DNA of 64,000 nt, from IMG/VR virus record IMGVR_UViG_2823715266_000003, positions 892-64,891 of that record; one strand, given 5' to 3'. Of this stretch, positions 38,024 through 46,626 are shown in pieces (within the stretch, counting starts at the first letter, position 1; every line of letters starts with the position of its first letter). The translations under genes were made by a program, and so were the position numbers. The notes beneath the pieces were generated by a model. It saw only the letters and a program-made list of their open reading frames with translations, had not been told where the DNA came from and did no database searches. This DNA comes from a virus (lineage: Duplodnaviria; Caudoviricetes).

Positions 38024-38146
38024 GAGGCTCCTGAGAAGGCAAAAGCCCTGTGGTCTGGCATCCCCGGTAGCGGCCGTTCCCCTTGCGGGGATGGGATGCC
38101 AGAGCACAGGGCTCTGTGGTTTGTCGTCTTGGCCGCTACCCGTTGA
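38024..38146 (-). ncRNA. Structured 5' leader with interleaved stems
   Basis: 38131-38140 pairs with 38066-38075 (10 bp); 38093-38113 pairs with 38044-38064 (21 nt, 1 mismatch); internal CCCC-GCAA-GGGG hairpin. Confidence 0.55.
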
Positions 38147-38183
38147 CGCAGTGATCGTCCCGGACCGTCGGGCATGCACCTAT

Positions 38184-38194
38184 CCCTACAGGGG
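38184..38194 (-). promoter_or_regulatory. Late-promoter upstream element (anti-defence operon)
   Basis: CCCCTGTAGGG-N24-GACGAT. Confidence 0.8.
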
Positions 38195-38219
38195 GTGTCG
38201 ATTTGCTAGTCTCGAATGC

Positions 38220-38879
38220 ATGACCGACAACAATCTCCCTCCTCTCCCGCCCATAGGCCAGGACGTGCTGTACGCGCGAGTTGTTGCGCAGTTCGGAGGT
38301 CCCGACGGGTTGATGCGCCACGTTCAAGCGCGCCATGCCGAATTTCAGTCCGTGTGGGGACAGGACTCTGTTGAGCTGGGGCAAGTCTTGCATGCACATC
38401 TGGTCGTGGAGTTCTTCCTGACCGAATACCTCAAGCATCTGTTCCCCGGCCTGGACATGGACAAGCTTGGCCTGCGATACGGTCAGAAGGTGCGCATGTT
38501 GCCGACCGACCGCAGCATGCTCAGTGCGATGGTTCCCGGGCTGAATGCCCTTGGGACGATTCGCAACCGACTGGCTCACGTGCGGAGGGTCCAAATCTCG
38601 AAGGATGATGTACAGGCCATCGTCAACGTCGATCCATACACCACGCTCGTGGGCTTCTCAGGGAGTATCGATCTCGCGGTTGCAACGCCCCTGGAGATAG
38701 TGCTGAGCTTTGCCCAATGGGCGGCGGGCTCCCTACATTCCGCATCTGATCCGACGCATGAGCGCTGGGCCTTTGCCGCGGACCCCACAAGGGCGGTCCC
38801 GGGCTACGAACACTTTCTGCCAGATGCGCCGTTCGAGGGCGTGCCGGGTGTTGGCCGGCGCCCTGGCTTGACAGGCTGA
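38220..38879 (+). CDS. Moron: HEPN/MtlR-like helical protein, putative defence factor
   Basis: GQVLHAHLVVE...YGQKV...IRNRLAH (Rx4H motif); opposite strand and lower GC than flanks. Confidence 0.6.
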   Translation: MTDNNLPPLPPIGQDVLYARVVAQFGGPDGLMRHVQARHAEFQSVWGQDSVELGQVLHAHLVVEFFLTEYLKHLFPGLDMDKLGLRYGQKVRMLPTDRSMLSAMVPGLNALGTIRNRLAHVRRVQISKDDVQAIVNVDPYTTLVGFSGSIDLAVATPLEIVLSFAQWAAGSLHSASDPTHERWAFAADPTRAVPGYEHFLPDAPFEGVPGVGRRPGLTG

Positions 38880-38886
38880 ACGCGAT

Positions 38887-41208
38887 CTATGCGGGTACGT
38901 TGTCGGTGGTCCGCGCAGTCTCGATCCCGTCCATCCCTGTAGCCCCCTCCGCCGCTCGTGCCGGGAACGTCGGGCTGGTGTTCTCGCGCACGGGATCTGC
39001 AGCAGCAGCTTCCTCCTGGGCGGCCATCCCCGCGGGGCCCTGCCCCTGGATGTAGGGGTCTTTGATGTTCATGGCCGCCGTCTGTGCTGGCGTCGGGAAG
39101 TTCGGATCGTCACCGGCCGGCGTGGGCCGCTGGTAGCCTGCGCCCTGCATGATGGCGTCCGCGATGGGCGCGATCATTGGCATCTGCGCTACCTGCGCGC
39201 CGCCCTGCATCGCAGCGAAGGCAGCCTGCACGCCCACCTGCACCGCGTCGGCCATGAGCTTGCGGATCTCGGCCTCGGTCTTGCGCTCCTTCATATCGAG
39301 CTCGCGCGCCTTCAGGTCGTTGCCAGCCTTGACGAGCGCATCCTGCACCGCCTGCTGGATACGCTTCTCCACCTGCTCGGGCGACTCCTGAGCGGAAGCC
39401 GTCCGCAGCGCCTCCACGAGCTGGCGCTTGAACGGCACGTCCATGAGCGAGGCGAGGAACGGCATGGCCGCGGCCTGGTACTGCGGCGGCAGGCCCTTGA
39501 GCGAATCGGCCATCGACTGCTGCTGCTGGGCGCGGAAGGTCTTCGTGCTCGGCACGTCCTCCAGCCCGACCAGCAGCATGGTGCGCTGCAGGTCGTTCGA
39601 CAGGTAAGGGATGCCGGTGGCCGGGTCCGTCTCGGGCTTGTTGAGCACGATCATCCGTTCCGGCGTCATGGCATCGCCCTCGATCACGACGGCATGCTCA
39701 CTCGACCCGATGTCCTGCACGATCATCGACACAAGCATCTCGCCCACCTGCGTGCGCCCGCGCTTCTGATTGCCCATCATGTGTGCGAGCGACTGGTTGG
39801 CCTGCTCCACCTGGGTCTGTTCCTGGATGCCGCTGTTCGCGGTGCCGCGCCGGCCGGAGAACGCTCCCGCGGCCGCCGGGTTGATGCGCTCGATGGCGTT
39901 GCGCGCGTTCTGGAGCTGCTCGAGCTGCTGCGCGTTGGCCTGGAAGTCGCGCTTCACCTCGAACCGCGCACCCTGCTGCGCCATGTGGGCCGCGTTGAGC
40001 ACGATGTCGGCGTCGGGCCGGTTGATGGTCCGACGGAACACATCGTCGGGCATGTCCACGGCGCCCTTGGTGCGCTCGGTGCGGTAGGAGCTCATACCCC
40101 AGCGCAGCCGCGCGTTGCCGTTGTTCAGCGTGTCCTGCTGGTCCATCAGGTTGCGCACGTAGCCGAACGGCACCCCGGTGCCGTCCTCGCGGAATCCCCA
40201 GAATGGCACGTACGGAAAGTAGCGGTGCGCATAGGGCGAGGGCCCGTCGAAGAGCACGTGCGGGCCGAGCCAGTAGCTGCGCCGGACCTTGGCGACCGTG
40301 GCGCGCATGAACCGCACGCGCCGCTGCGCCAGCGCAACGACGTGCGCCGGGTTGTTCTCGTCGTACTCCACCACGCGCCCGTCCGGGCTCTTGAGCACGA
40401 TGACATCGGACCACCGGCGGTACCAGAGCTCCGAAGCGCACACCTCCCGGTTCATCGGGTTGAACCAGCGGTCTTCCAGCCGGGTCCACTCGCGCGCGAT
40501 GTCCCAAGCCCTGTTCAGGCCGGTGCTTCCGCCGCCGTACTGCGTGTCGTCGTACTCCGACCACCAGTTGATGCCGGCGCGCCCGTAGCGGCGGATCAGC
40601 TCCTTCTGGTCGGGGAAGACTCGCGCCAGGCGCGAGGGGTGCATCCAGCGCTGGCGCCGGAGCCAACGTGCGTCGCTCAGGTCAGCCTTCGTGCTGGTCC
40701 AGTCCCAGTGCATCTCGTTGCGGTGGACCGGGTTGCACTGGTAGGGATAGTCGAATGGATCGGAGTTGCGCGTCACCTCCACCCAGCCGATGCCCACGGC
40801 GATCTGTGGGTAGAAGGCGCCGCTGCATGCGTCATCCGCCTTGCTCTTGCGCTCGGCCTCGTTCAGCTTGAAGTTGATCGCGTCGGCCACGTCCTGCCCG
40901 CCGAGCTGCCCGTTGGGGGTGACGCGCCAATCGGTGCGCGTGGCCTCCTCATAGCCCCGGATGCCTTCGAGCGATGCGCCGATCAGGTTCTCCATCGTGG
41001 TCGGGATGCCCTGCGACTTCATGTGGCGGATGAGCTCGGTGTCGAGCTGGTTGCCGTCGGCATAGTCCATCTCGCGGTCGGCCGTGCGGCGCCAGGTGCG
41101 CGGCTGGTTATCGATCTCGTCGATGATCTGGCGGTACTCGGCGAGCGAGAGCGGCACATCGCCGTCGGGCGTGTCTACAGGGTCGAGGTCGTTGGTCTGG
41201 TTCGTCAT
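38887..41208 (-). CDS. Portal protein (P22-like)
   Basis: 773 aa from MTNQTND; WRRTADREMDYADGNQ...FPYVPFWGF...GYVRNLMDQQDTLN...SGIQEQ; follows the terminase. Confidence 0.88.
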   Translation of the reverse strand: MTNQTNDLDPVDTPDGDVPLSLAEYRQIIDEIDNQPRTWRRTADREMDYADGNQLDTELIRHMKSQGIPTTMENLIGASLEGIRGYEEATRTDWRVTPNGQLGGQDVADAINFKLNEAERKSKADDACSGAFYPQIAVGIGWVEVTRNSDPFDYPYQCNPVHRNEMHWDWTSTKADLSDARWLRRQRWMHPSRLARVFPDQKELIRRYGRAGINWWSEYDDTQYGGGSTGLNRAWDIAREWTRLEDRWFNPMNREVCASELWYRRWSDVIVLKSPDGRVVEYDENNPAHVVALAQRRVRFMRATVAKVRRSYWLGPHVLFDGPSPYAHRYFPYVPFWGFREDGTGVPFGYVRNLMDQQDTLNNGNARLRWGMSSYRTERTKGAVDMPDDVFRRTINRPDADIVLNAAHMAQQGARFEVKRDFQANAQQLEQLQNARNAIERINPAAAGAFSGRRGTANSGIQEQTQVEQANQSLAHMMGNQKRGRTQVGEMLVSMIVQDIGSSEHAVVIEGDAMTPERMIVLNKPETDPATGIPYLSNDLQRTMLLVGLEDVPSTKTFRAQQQQSMADSLKGLPPQYQAAAMPFLASLMDVPFKRQLVEALRTASAQESPEQVEKRIQQAVQDALVKAGNDLKARELDMKERKTEAEIRKLMADAVQVGVQAAFAAMQGGAQVAQMPMIAPIADAIMQGAGYQRPTPAGDDPNFPTPAQTAAMNIKDPYIQGQGPAGMAAQEEAAAADPVRENTSPTFPARAAEGATGMDGIETARTTDNVPA

Positions 41209-41219
41209 GGTGGTGGTCC

Positions 41220-42902
41220 TCACACGCAGGCAGGCTCCGGGGCCTCCACGTAGCTGCTGTTCTCGGTCAGGCTTTCGAGGAGCCCAAGTTCCTTGGCCTG
41301 GGCCCACTGGCGCAGGCCGTCGGCGCCCTCGGTGCAGCCGTTGCTCTTGTCGGGCTGGTCGAGGAAGCGGTTCTCCGACTGGCTGTACTTCTTGCGGTAG
41401 CCCTGGATGCGTTGGATGCCCTCCTTCGTGCCGTCGATGTCGAAGTAGGCGCTCTTCAGGTGCTTGCGCACGGCGTAGATGCCGGTCATCAGCTCGGTGA
41501 CGCGCGGCACGATGAAGAAGCTCTGGCCGGGCAGCAGGAGCTGCAGTTGCTCGCGGGTGCTGCGGTTGTAGTCGCCCAGGCGCTTGTGGTCCGCGTCGTG
41601 GGGCAGGAAGTGGCCGCCGTACAGGAAGCCCCTGTCCTGGAGATGTCGGGCGAAGTGGCGCAGGTCTTCCTCGTGCTCTTCGTAGTAGCCGATGAAGCGG
41701 TCCTCGCCGCGCAGCACCTGCATGAACCAGATGGCCGTGCCGTCGCTGTTGCCGATGTCCCAGAAGGTGTAGACCGGCAGGTCGAGCACGGGCACCTGGG
41801 AGATGGCGCCGCGCTTGCGCAGCAGCACCATGTCCTTGGCGTAGTAGTGGCCGGCGGTGGACTGCTGGAATGCCTCCTCGGGGGTCGAGGGGTACTCCTG
41901 CCACATCCGCTCCTCTTTGCCCGAGAAGTCGTTGCGTAGCTTCTCAACGTACCAGGCCCGCTGGCCCGTGTCGATCTTGCAGTCGCACGCCTGCTCGATC
42001 TCGTTGAAGTAGTCGTGCTGCTCGTTGCTGATGGCCACGCCCGCCGGGTCCATCGTGTACGCGGGGTCTTGCCACCAGGCGTAGAAGTGGAAGCGGTACT
42101 GGCTGGCGGTGAGCTTGGCCTTGCCAGCCACCAGCGCCTGGGCGCGCTGGCACATGTCGTAGAACTCGCCCTCCGTGCCCTCGGCCGTGCTCTCGATCAC
42201 CAGGATGCCGGACAGCGGCACCGCCTGTATCGAGCCGGTGACCACTTCGTTCGCCTTCGCGGGAAACTTGGCGCAGATCTTCCCGAACTCGGAGACGTGC
42301 AGGCGGTGGATCGTGCCGCCGCGCACGCTGGTCGCCACGCGGATGCTGCTGTTGTTGTGGCCGAACAGCAGTTCCTTCGTGCTGGCCCTGGCCAGCGGGA
42401 AGCGCTCGCGCAGCTCCTCCGGCATGTGGTCGTAGGCGAAGACCACCTTGTCGCGGAAGATGGCCTCGGCCGTCTCGCGGTCCTGGGCGATCATGCCGCA
42501 GCGCTGGTTCCCGTTGAACAGGGCGTGGTCCAGCCAGAGAATGGCGATGAGGGTCGTGAAGCCGAGCTGGCGGGCCTTCAGGATGATGTTGCGGTGCCAG
42601 AGCCGGCGTATGAAGCGCTTCTGGGCTCGGTTCGGAATGAAGGGCTGCACCAGGTCGTCATCGCCCTCGTTCTTGCCCTTCACGATGATCTGGTACAGGC
42701 AGCCGCTGAACAGGCGCCACTCGGGGTCTTGCAGGCAGCGCTCGAGCTCCGCTGCGTCCTGCGGCGCCTGGGTGGGCGGAATGACCTTGATGCGGCTCGG
42801 TTCGCGCGGCTTGTCGGGCCAGAGCTGGCCGTCGAGCGCGGAAGCGCCGGCCACCTCGGGCAGCCAGTCCTCGCGCTCGTCGTCCTGCACCTTCTTCGCC
42901 AT
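41220..42902 (-). CDS. terL: Terminase large subunit
   Basis: ILKARQLGFTT (Walker A), LHVSE, IESTAEG, WDIG nuclease motif. Confidence 0.95.
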   Translation of the reverse strand: MAKKVQDDEREDWLPEVAGASALDGQLWPDKPREPSRIKVIPPTQAPQDAAELERCLQDPEWRLFSGCLYQIIVKGKNEGDDDLVQPFIPNRAQKRFIRRLWHRNIILKARQLGFTTLIAILWLDHALFNGNQRCGMIAQDRETAEAIFRDKVVFAYDHMPEELRERFPLARASTKELLFGHNNSSIRVATSVRGGTIHRLHVSEFGKICAKFPAKANEVVTGSIQAVPLSGILVIESTAEGTEGEFYDMCQRAQALVAGKAKLTASQYRFHFYAWWQDPAYTMDPAGVAISNEQHDYFNEIEQACDCKIDTGQRAWYVEKLRNDFSGKEERMWQEYPSTPEEAFQQSTAGHYYAKDMVLLRKRGAISQVPVLDLPVYTFWDIGNSDGTAIWFMQVLRGEDRFIGYYEEHEEDLRHFARHLQDRGFLYGGHFLPHDADHKRLGDYNRSTREQLQLLLPGQSFFIVPRVTELMTGIYAVRKHLKSAYFDIDGTKEGIQRIQGYRKKYSQSENRFLDQPDKSNGCTEGADGLRQWAQAKELGLLESLTENSSYVEAPEPACV

Positions 42903-42904
42903 GC

Positions 42905-43864
42905 TCAGTCCTCGCCGTCCACGTCCTGGCGCGGCTGCAGTGCGCTCGAAGACGACGCACCGGCGTTGGGTGCCTCCGGATCGTCCGCCACGGGCCGGAA
43001 TCCATTGGCATTGCCCGTCGTGATGCGGCTCAGCAGCGAAGCCAGCGGGTCGGTCTTCTGCTGGTTGTCCTTCTCGTAGAGGCCCAGGTGCTTGAACAGC
43101 TTCTCGGCGAAGGCTGCCTTGTCGTGCATGGCGATCTCGATGCCGTACTTCGTCATCTTGGCGCCGGCATACAGGGCGCGCGCCGCGGGAGAGAGGTGCC
43201 GGGTGTCTGCCAGCACCGTGCGGGCATATCCGTCGCCGCCGCAGTCCGGGCAGGAGGGATGCGGCGGCTTGAGCGGGTCGAACCCGATGCCGCCCTTCTC
43301 GTCGAAGTCGGCCAGGTTGCCAGCCTTCAGGGCGTGCTGCTCGCGGTCATGGTTGAACTCGCCCACGGTGCGCTGGAACTTGAAGCCCTCGCCCCAGCAG
43401 TGCCGGCAGCAGCCCACCTTGACCTGCACCAGCTCGCGGGGGTCTGCGAAGACGATGTTCCAGGCCTCCACCACCACGCGGTCGGCTTCGATGTGCGTGC
43501 GCGCCTGCTGGAGCTTTCGGGCGTCAGCGATGGCAATCTGGATGTACGGTTTTGACAGGTTCTCCGATGCCATCTGCCGGGCGGTGTCCGGGCTGTAGCC
43601 GGCTCGGATGGCTGCCTGTGTGCCGTTCAGGTCCACCAGGTACTCATCGACGAAGCGCTGCTGGAGGTCGGTCAGGCCGAGCTGCGCGGGCTCCGCGGCT
43701 GGCGCCGGTGCTGCGCGGGCCGGTCGCGCCGGCTTCTTCGCCTTGACGGGGGGCGGCGCCTTCTTGCGCGCAGGTGCGCCCGCAGCCTTCTTGGGGGCGG
43801 CGGGCTTGGTGGTGGTCTTCTTCGATGCGGGTGCCTGCTTCTTGGCCGGCTTGCGTGTTGCCAT
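42905..43864 (-). CDS. terS: Terminase small subunit
   Basis: QQRFVDEYLVDLNGTQAAIRAGYS...ENLSKP; CxxC pairs; Lys/Ala/Pro-rich N-terminus. Confidence 0.95.
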   Translation of the reverse strand: MATRKPAKKQAPASKKTTTKPAAPKKAAGAPARKKAPPPVKAKKPARPARAAPAPAAEPAQLGLTDLQQRFVDEYLVDLNGTQAAIRAGYSPDTARQMASENLSKPYIQIAIADARKLQQARTHIEADRVVVEAWNIVFADPRELVQVKVGCCRHCWGEGFKFQRTVGEFNHDREQHALKAGNLADFDEKGGIGFDPLKPPHPSCPDCGGDGYARTVLADTRHLSPAARALYAGAKMTKYGIEIAMHDKAAFAEKLFKHLGLYEKDNQQKTDPLASLLSRITTGNANGFRPVADDPEAPNAGASSSSALQPRQDVDGED

Positions 43865-43901
43865 GCGCGCGAGTCTTCACGGCACCGCGGTGACCGTCTA
43901 A

Positions 43902-43912
43902 CCCTAGAGGGG
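43902..43912 (-). promoter_or_regulatory. Late-promoter upstream element (terminase operon)
   Basis: CCCCTCTAGGG-N24-AAGACT-N7-ATG(43864). Confidence 0.8.
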
Positions 43913-43980
43913 GAGATGTACTACGGCAAAATCGCGGCAGCGGGACCGAACGAGTGCCGCGTCACATGAGGAGAAGGTCT

Positions 43981-44559
43981 ATGGTCCGAGACGATTTGAG
44001 CGATCGCTTAATCCACCTGACACGGGGCACCAGCACGGAGGCAGGTCAGAATCGCGAAGAAGCGATCAAAAACCTGGAGTCGATCCTTGATGACAGTACG
44101 CTAAAGGGCGGCGATGGGTTCATTAAAGGCAAGTACGTATGCACCTGCTTCAGCGAGGTGCCTGTTTCGAAGTTGCCGTACATCCTTGCGCACCCGACGA
44201 CACACCACTTCAAGTACGAGCCATATGGAGTGATGGTCGATAAACGCTGGTTGTTCCAGCTAGGCGGAAGGCCTGTAATTTACGGCCCCGAAGACGATTA
44301 CAACGCGCTGCCTGAGGACATGAAGTACCGGCACGTGCGATTTCATCTTGATAAACCGGGTGACGTCGATTTCACGTGGGAGCGTGAGTGGCGACTGAGA
44401 ACCGACGCGCTTACGCTTGACCCAGCGAAAGTAACCGTCATCCTGCCTGACAGATCCGCCCGCGATGCGTTCGCCAACAAGTTCAAAGATAAGTGGCACT
44501 ACCTCGTGCTGAGCGACCTGGGTGTTCCAATTCCCGCCTTACTGGATGGGAAAAAATAG
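43981..44559 (+). CDS. Moron: AbiGi-like (ART-fold) protein, putative defence factor
   Basis: LIHLTR...CFSEVP...YGV...GGRPVIYG...FTWEREWR; SD GAGGAG/AAGG; lower GC. Confidence 0.65.
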   Translation: MVRDDLSDRLIHLTRGTSTEAGQNREEAIKNLESILDDSTLKGGDGFIKGKYVCTCFSEVPVSKLPYILAHPTTHHFKYEPYGVMVDKRWLFQLGGRPVIYGPEDDYNALPEDMKYRHVRFHLDKPGDVDFTWEREWRLRTDALTLDPAKVTVILPDRSARDAFANKFKDKWHYLVLSDLGVPIPALLDGKK

Positions 44560-44583
44560 CCCGCCAGGGTGGTTCTGGCGGGC
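44551..44583 (-). terminator. Intrinsic terminator
   Basis: GCCCGCCAG-N7-CTGGCGGGC-TATTTTTT. Confidence 0.85.
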
Positions 44584-44792
44584 GAACGTGCGGCCGAGGC
44601 CGCGCGAGGAGACAACTGGCCGGCGAAAGCGCCGGGGGTTCGGTCCATCCGACTGCGTGGGGAGGTACACGCTGGACCGTGCGGTTCTCGTCCCGCCCTG
44701 AATCCCCTGGGACGTGCAAGGGGTCTAGCGGAGTGGCTTGCCCCCCACTCCAGCACCAGGGCTGATGCCAAGTTCGGGGTTCCGGTGAACGG
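44551..44792 (-). ncRNA. Putative ~240-nt structured late non-coding RNA
   Basis: Starts at predicted late TSS, ends at an intrinsic terminator; five or more hairpins; no credible ORF. Confidence 0.6.
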
Positions 44793-44829
44793 TGAGGTGA
44801 TGTTCACGCGGAGCTCCGACGCGGCGAAT

Positions 44830-44840
44830 CCCTACAGGGG
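44830..44840 (-). promoter_or_regulatory. Late-promoter upstream element (ncRNA)
   Basis: CCCCTGTAGGG-N24-GAACAT. Confidence 0.8.
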
Positions 44841-44867
44841 GGCGGCGGCTGGTGCCCATAATGGGGC

Positions 44868-46004
44868 ATGACTCTCGTCGGGCATGCTTCCTGGGCCGAG
44901 AAGACACTGATCGACTGCGGCCGCTTCTACCCTCCGGACTGCAAGACGCCGGAGGCGCGCCTGCGCTACTACGCCAGCATCTTCCCGCTTGTCGAGGTGG
45001 ACAGCAGCTACTACGCCATCCCCTCCCAGACCAACACGCACAACTGGGCGGCGCGCACGCCTGAGGGGTTCGTCTTCAACGTGAAGGCCTTCCGGTTCTT
45101 CACCGGGCACCAGACCGACGTGCAGGTGCTGCCGCGCGGCGTGAAGGAGCTGCTGCCCGGCCGGAAGCGGCTGCTCTACCGCGACACCGCCGACGAGGTG
45201 AAGGATGCCCTTTGGGACGCCTTCAGCCAATCGCTGGAGCCGCTGCGCCTGAATGGGAAGCTGGGCCTGATCCACTTCCAGTTCCCCCCCTCGGTGGTGC
45301 CGAGCCCACGGGTGGTTGCGCACCTGGAATCCATCCGCCAGAAGCTGCCGCGCGACACCATCAGCGTGGAGTTTCGGCACAGCAGCTGGTGGGATGGCAC
45401 GAGCCGGACCGTCGAGACGCTCGCGATGCTGCGCGGCCTGAACGCCGTGCACACCGTCGTCGACGGGCCGCGGGGGTTCGACAACAGCGTGCCGCCGATC
45501 TGGGAGGTGACGAACCCCAACTACATGCTGGTGCGCCTGCACGGGCGAAACACCGAGACCTACAACGCCGCAGTGTCGTCGCCAGCGGAGAGGTTCTCCT
45601 ACGAGTACTCCGACTCCGAGCTCAAGGGCATCATCGCCGAGACGGTGCGGCTGGCCTACAAGGCGCGGCACGCCCACATGATCTTCAACAACTGCGATGA
45701 AGACAAAGGCGTGCGCAACGGCATGACGGCGCTGAAGATGCTGGTGCAGTACGGCGATGGGAAGATGCCCGACCTCAAAGACCCGTTCCACCCGAATGGG
45801 GTGCTCGCCGCAGTGTCGGTCGAGGAACTGTCCGCTGCGTCGAATCAGCTGCCGCCTCCCGCGCAAGGAGAGCCGGAGATTCGGGAGGCCGAGGTCGATG
45901 TAGCGCGCATCGGGCGCGTTCGCATCACATTCCAGCTAAGGGAAATGCGGCACCACAAGAGCAGCCACATGCATTGGGCTGCTGTGTTTGCTCAACCGAT
46001 CTGA
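44868..46004 (+). CDS. DUF72 (YecE/YunF-like) protein with C-terminal extension
   Basis: RLRYYASIFPLVEVDSSYYAIP...FNVKA...FQFPP...VEFRHSSW...VRLHGRN...IFNN; CATAAT about 5 nt before ATG. Confidence 0.92.
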   Translation: MTLVGHASWAEKTLIDCGRFYPPDCKTPEARLRYYASIFPLVEVDSSYYAIPSQTNTHNWAARTPEGFVFNVKAFRFFTGHQTDVQVLPRGVKELLPGRKRLLYRDTADEVKDALWDAFSQSLEPLRLNGKLGLIHFQFPPSVVPSPRVVAHLESIRQKLPRDTISVEFRHSSWWDGTSRTVETLAMLRGLNAVHTVVDGPRGFDNSVPPIWEVTNPNYMLVRLHGRNTETYNAAVSSPAERFSYEYSDSELKGIIAETVRLAYKARHAHMIFNNCDEDKGVRNGMTALKMLVQYGDGKMPDLKDPFHPNGVLAAVSVEELSAASNQLPPPAQGEPEIREAEVDVARIGRVRITFQLREMRHHKSSHMHWAAVFAQPI

Positions 46005-46110
46005 AGCTCCCGGCGCCCTCAGAACCACAAAGAACCGAGCGCACTCCAGATTCTTGTGATAGTCTTACAGCACCTTGCAGGTGTGCTAGGGATTTTTACA
46101 GGAGCTTGCC

Positions 46111-46440
46111 GTGAAGGCCGAAGATCTCAAATTTGCAGAATCGACTCTCGATGCGTTCATCGAGTCCAGCATCAACCGAGTGGCGGAAAGTGGTGTCATG
46201 CGTTACACGTACAAGATCACTGCCGCCGAGGTGAAGGATGAAACCGGGCGCTCCCGCCTGCATGACTCTGTCATCAGCGACTATACGCAGTATTTCGAAG
46301 AGCATGGTGTTTCCGCGACCTTCAAGCCCGCGGCGGATGCCTTCACCGTTGACCTTGACCTCGACTCCTGCGTGCTCAGGGCAGGCCAGGCGCGCTTCCT
46401 GTCGTCTGCGATGGAGAAGTACCGGACCGAGAACGACTAA
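46111..46440 (+). CDS. Moron: hypothetical protein
   Basis: 109 aa; SD AGGAG before GTG. Confidence 0.7.
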   Translation: MKAEDLKFAESTLDAFIESSINRVAESGVMRYTYKITAAEVKDETGRSRLHDSVISDYTQYFEEHGVSATFKPAADAFTVDLDLDSCVLRAGQARFLSSAMEKYRTEND

Positions 46441-46626
46441 TCAGCGCTACGCGGATGCCCCCGTCTGGGGGCGATTTCTGATCGGTCTTCAGATGCGTAG
46501 TAGCGGGGCGCCGGGCGCAAGCGGGTGCGACATTTCGCCTCGTCCGGGTTGCCTTGCGCAGCTTCCCGGCACCATGCCTTCCGGCCCGTGCTCGAATCAC
46601 GGTTGAGCCCCTTCGGGGTGGTTATC

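Noticed and set aside
41209-41904. N-terminal extension of the portal ORF
   Set aside because: Alternative frame inside terL; the real start is most likely 41208
1046-43079. Many long plus-strand ORFs (e.g. 1046-3463, 3572-6091, 7451-11218, 18458-20608, 22319-24778, 26074-28602, 39694-41253)
   Set aside because: Antisense shadows of high-GC minus-strand genes; composition is unnatural and no motifs are recognisable
44499-44807. 102-aa minus-strand ORF over the putative ncRNA
   Set aside because: Starts upstream of the predicted TSS, has no SD, is Ala/Arg/Pro-rich and runs through the terminator
46445-46505. Hammerhead-ribozyme-like string CTGAAGA...GAAA...stem...ATC on the minus strand
   Set aside because: No pairing stem II between CTGAAGA and GAAA, and stem I does not abut the core; kept only as part of the generic structured RNA
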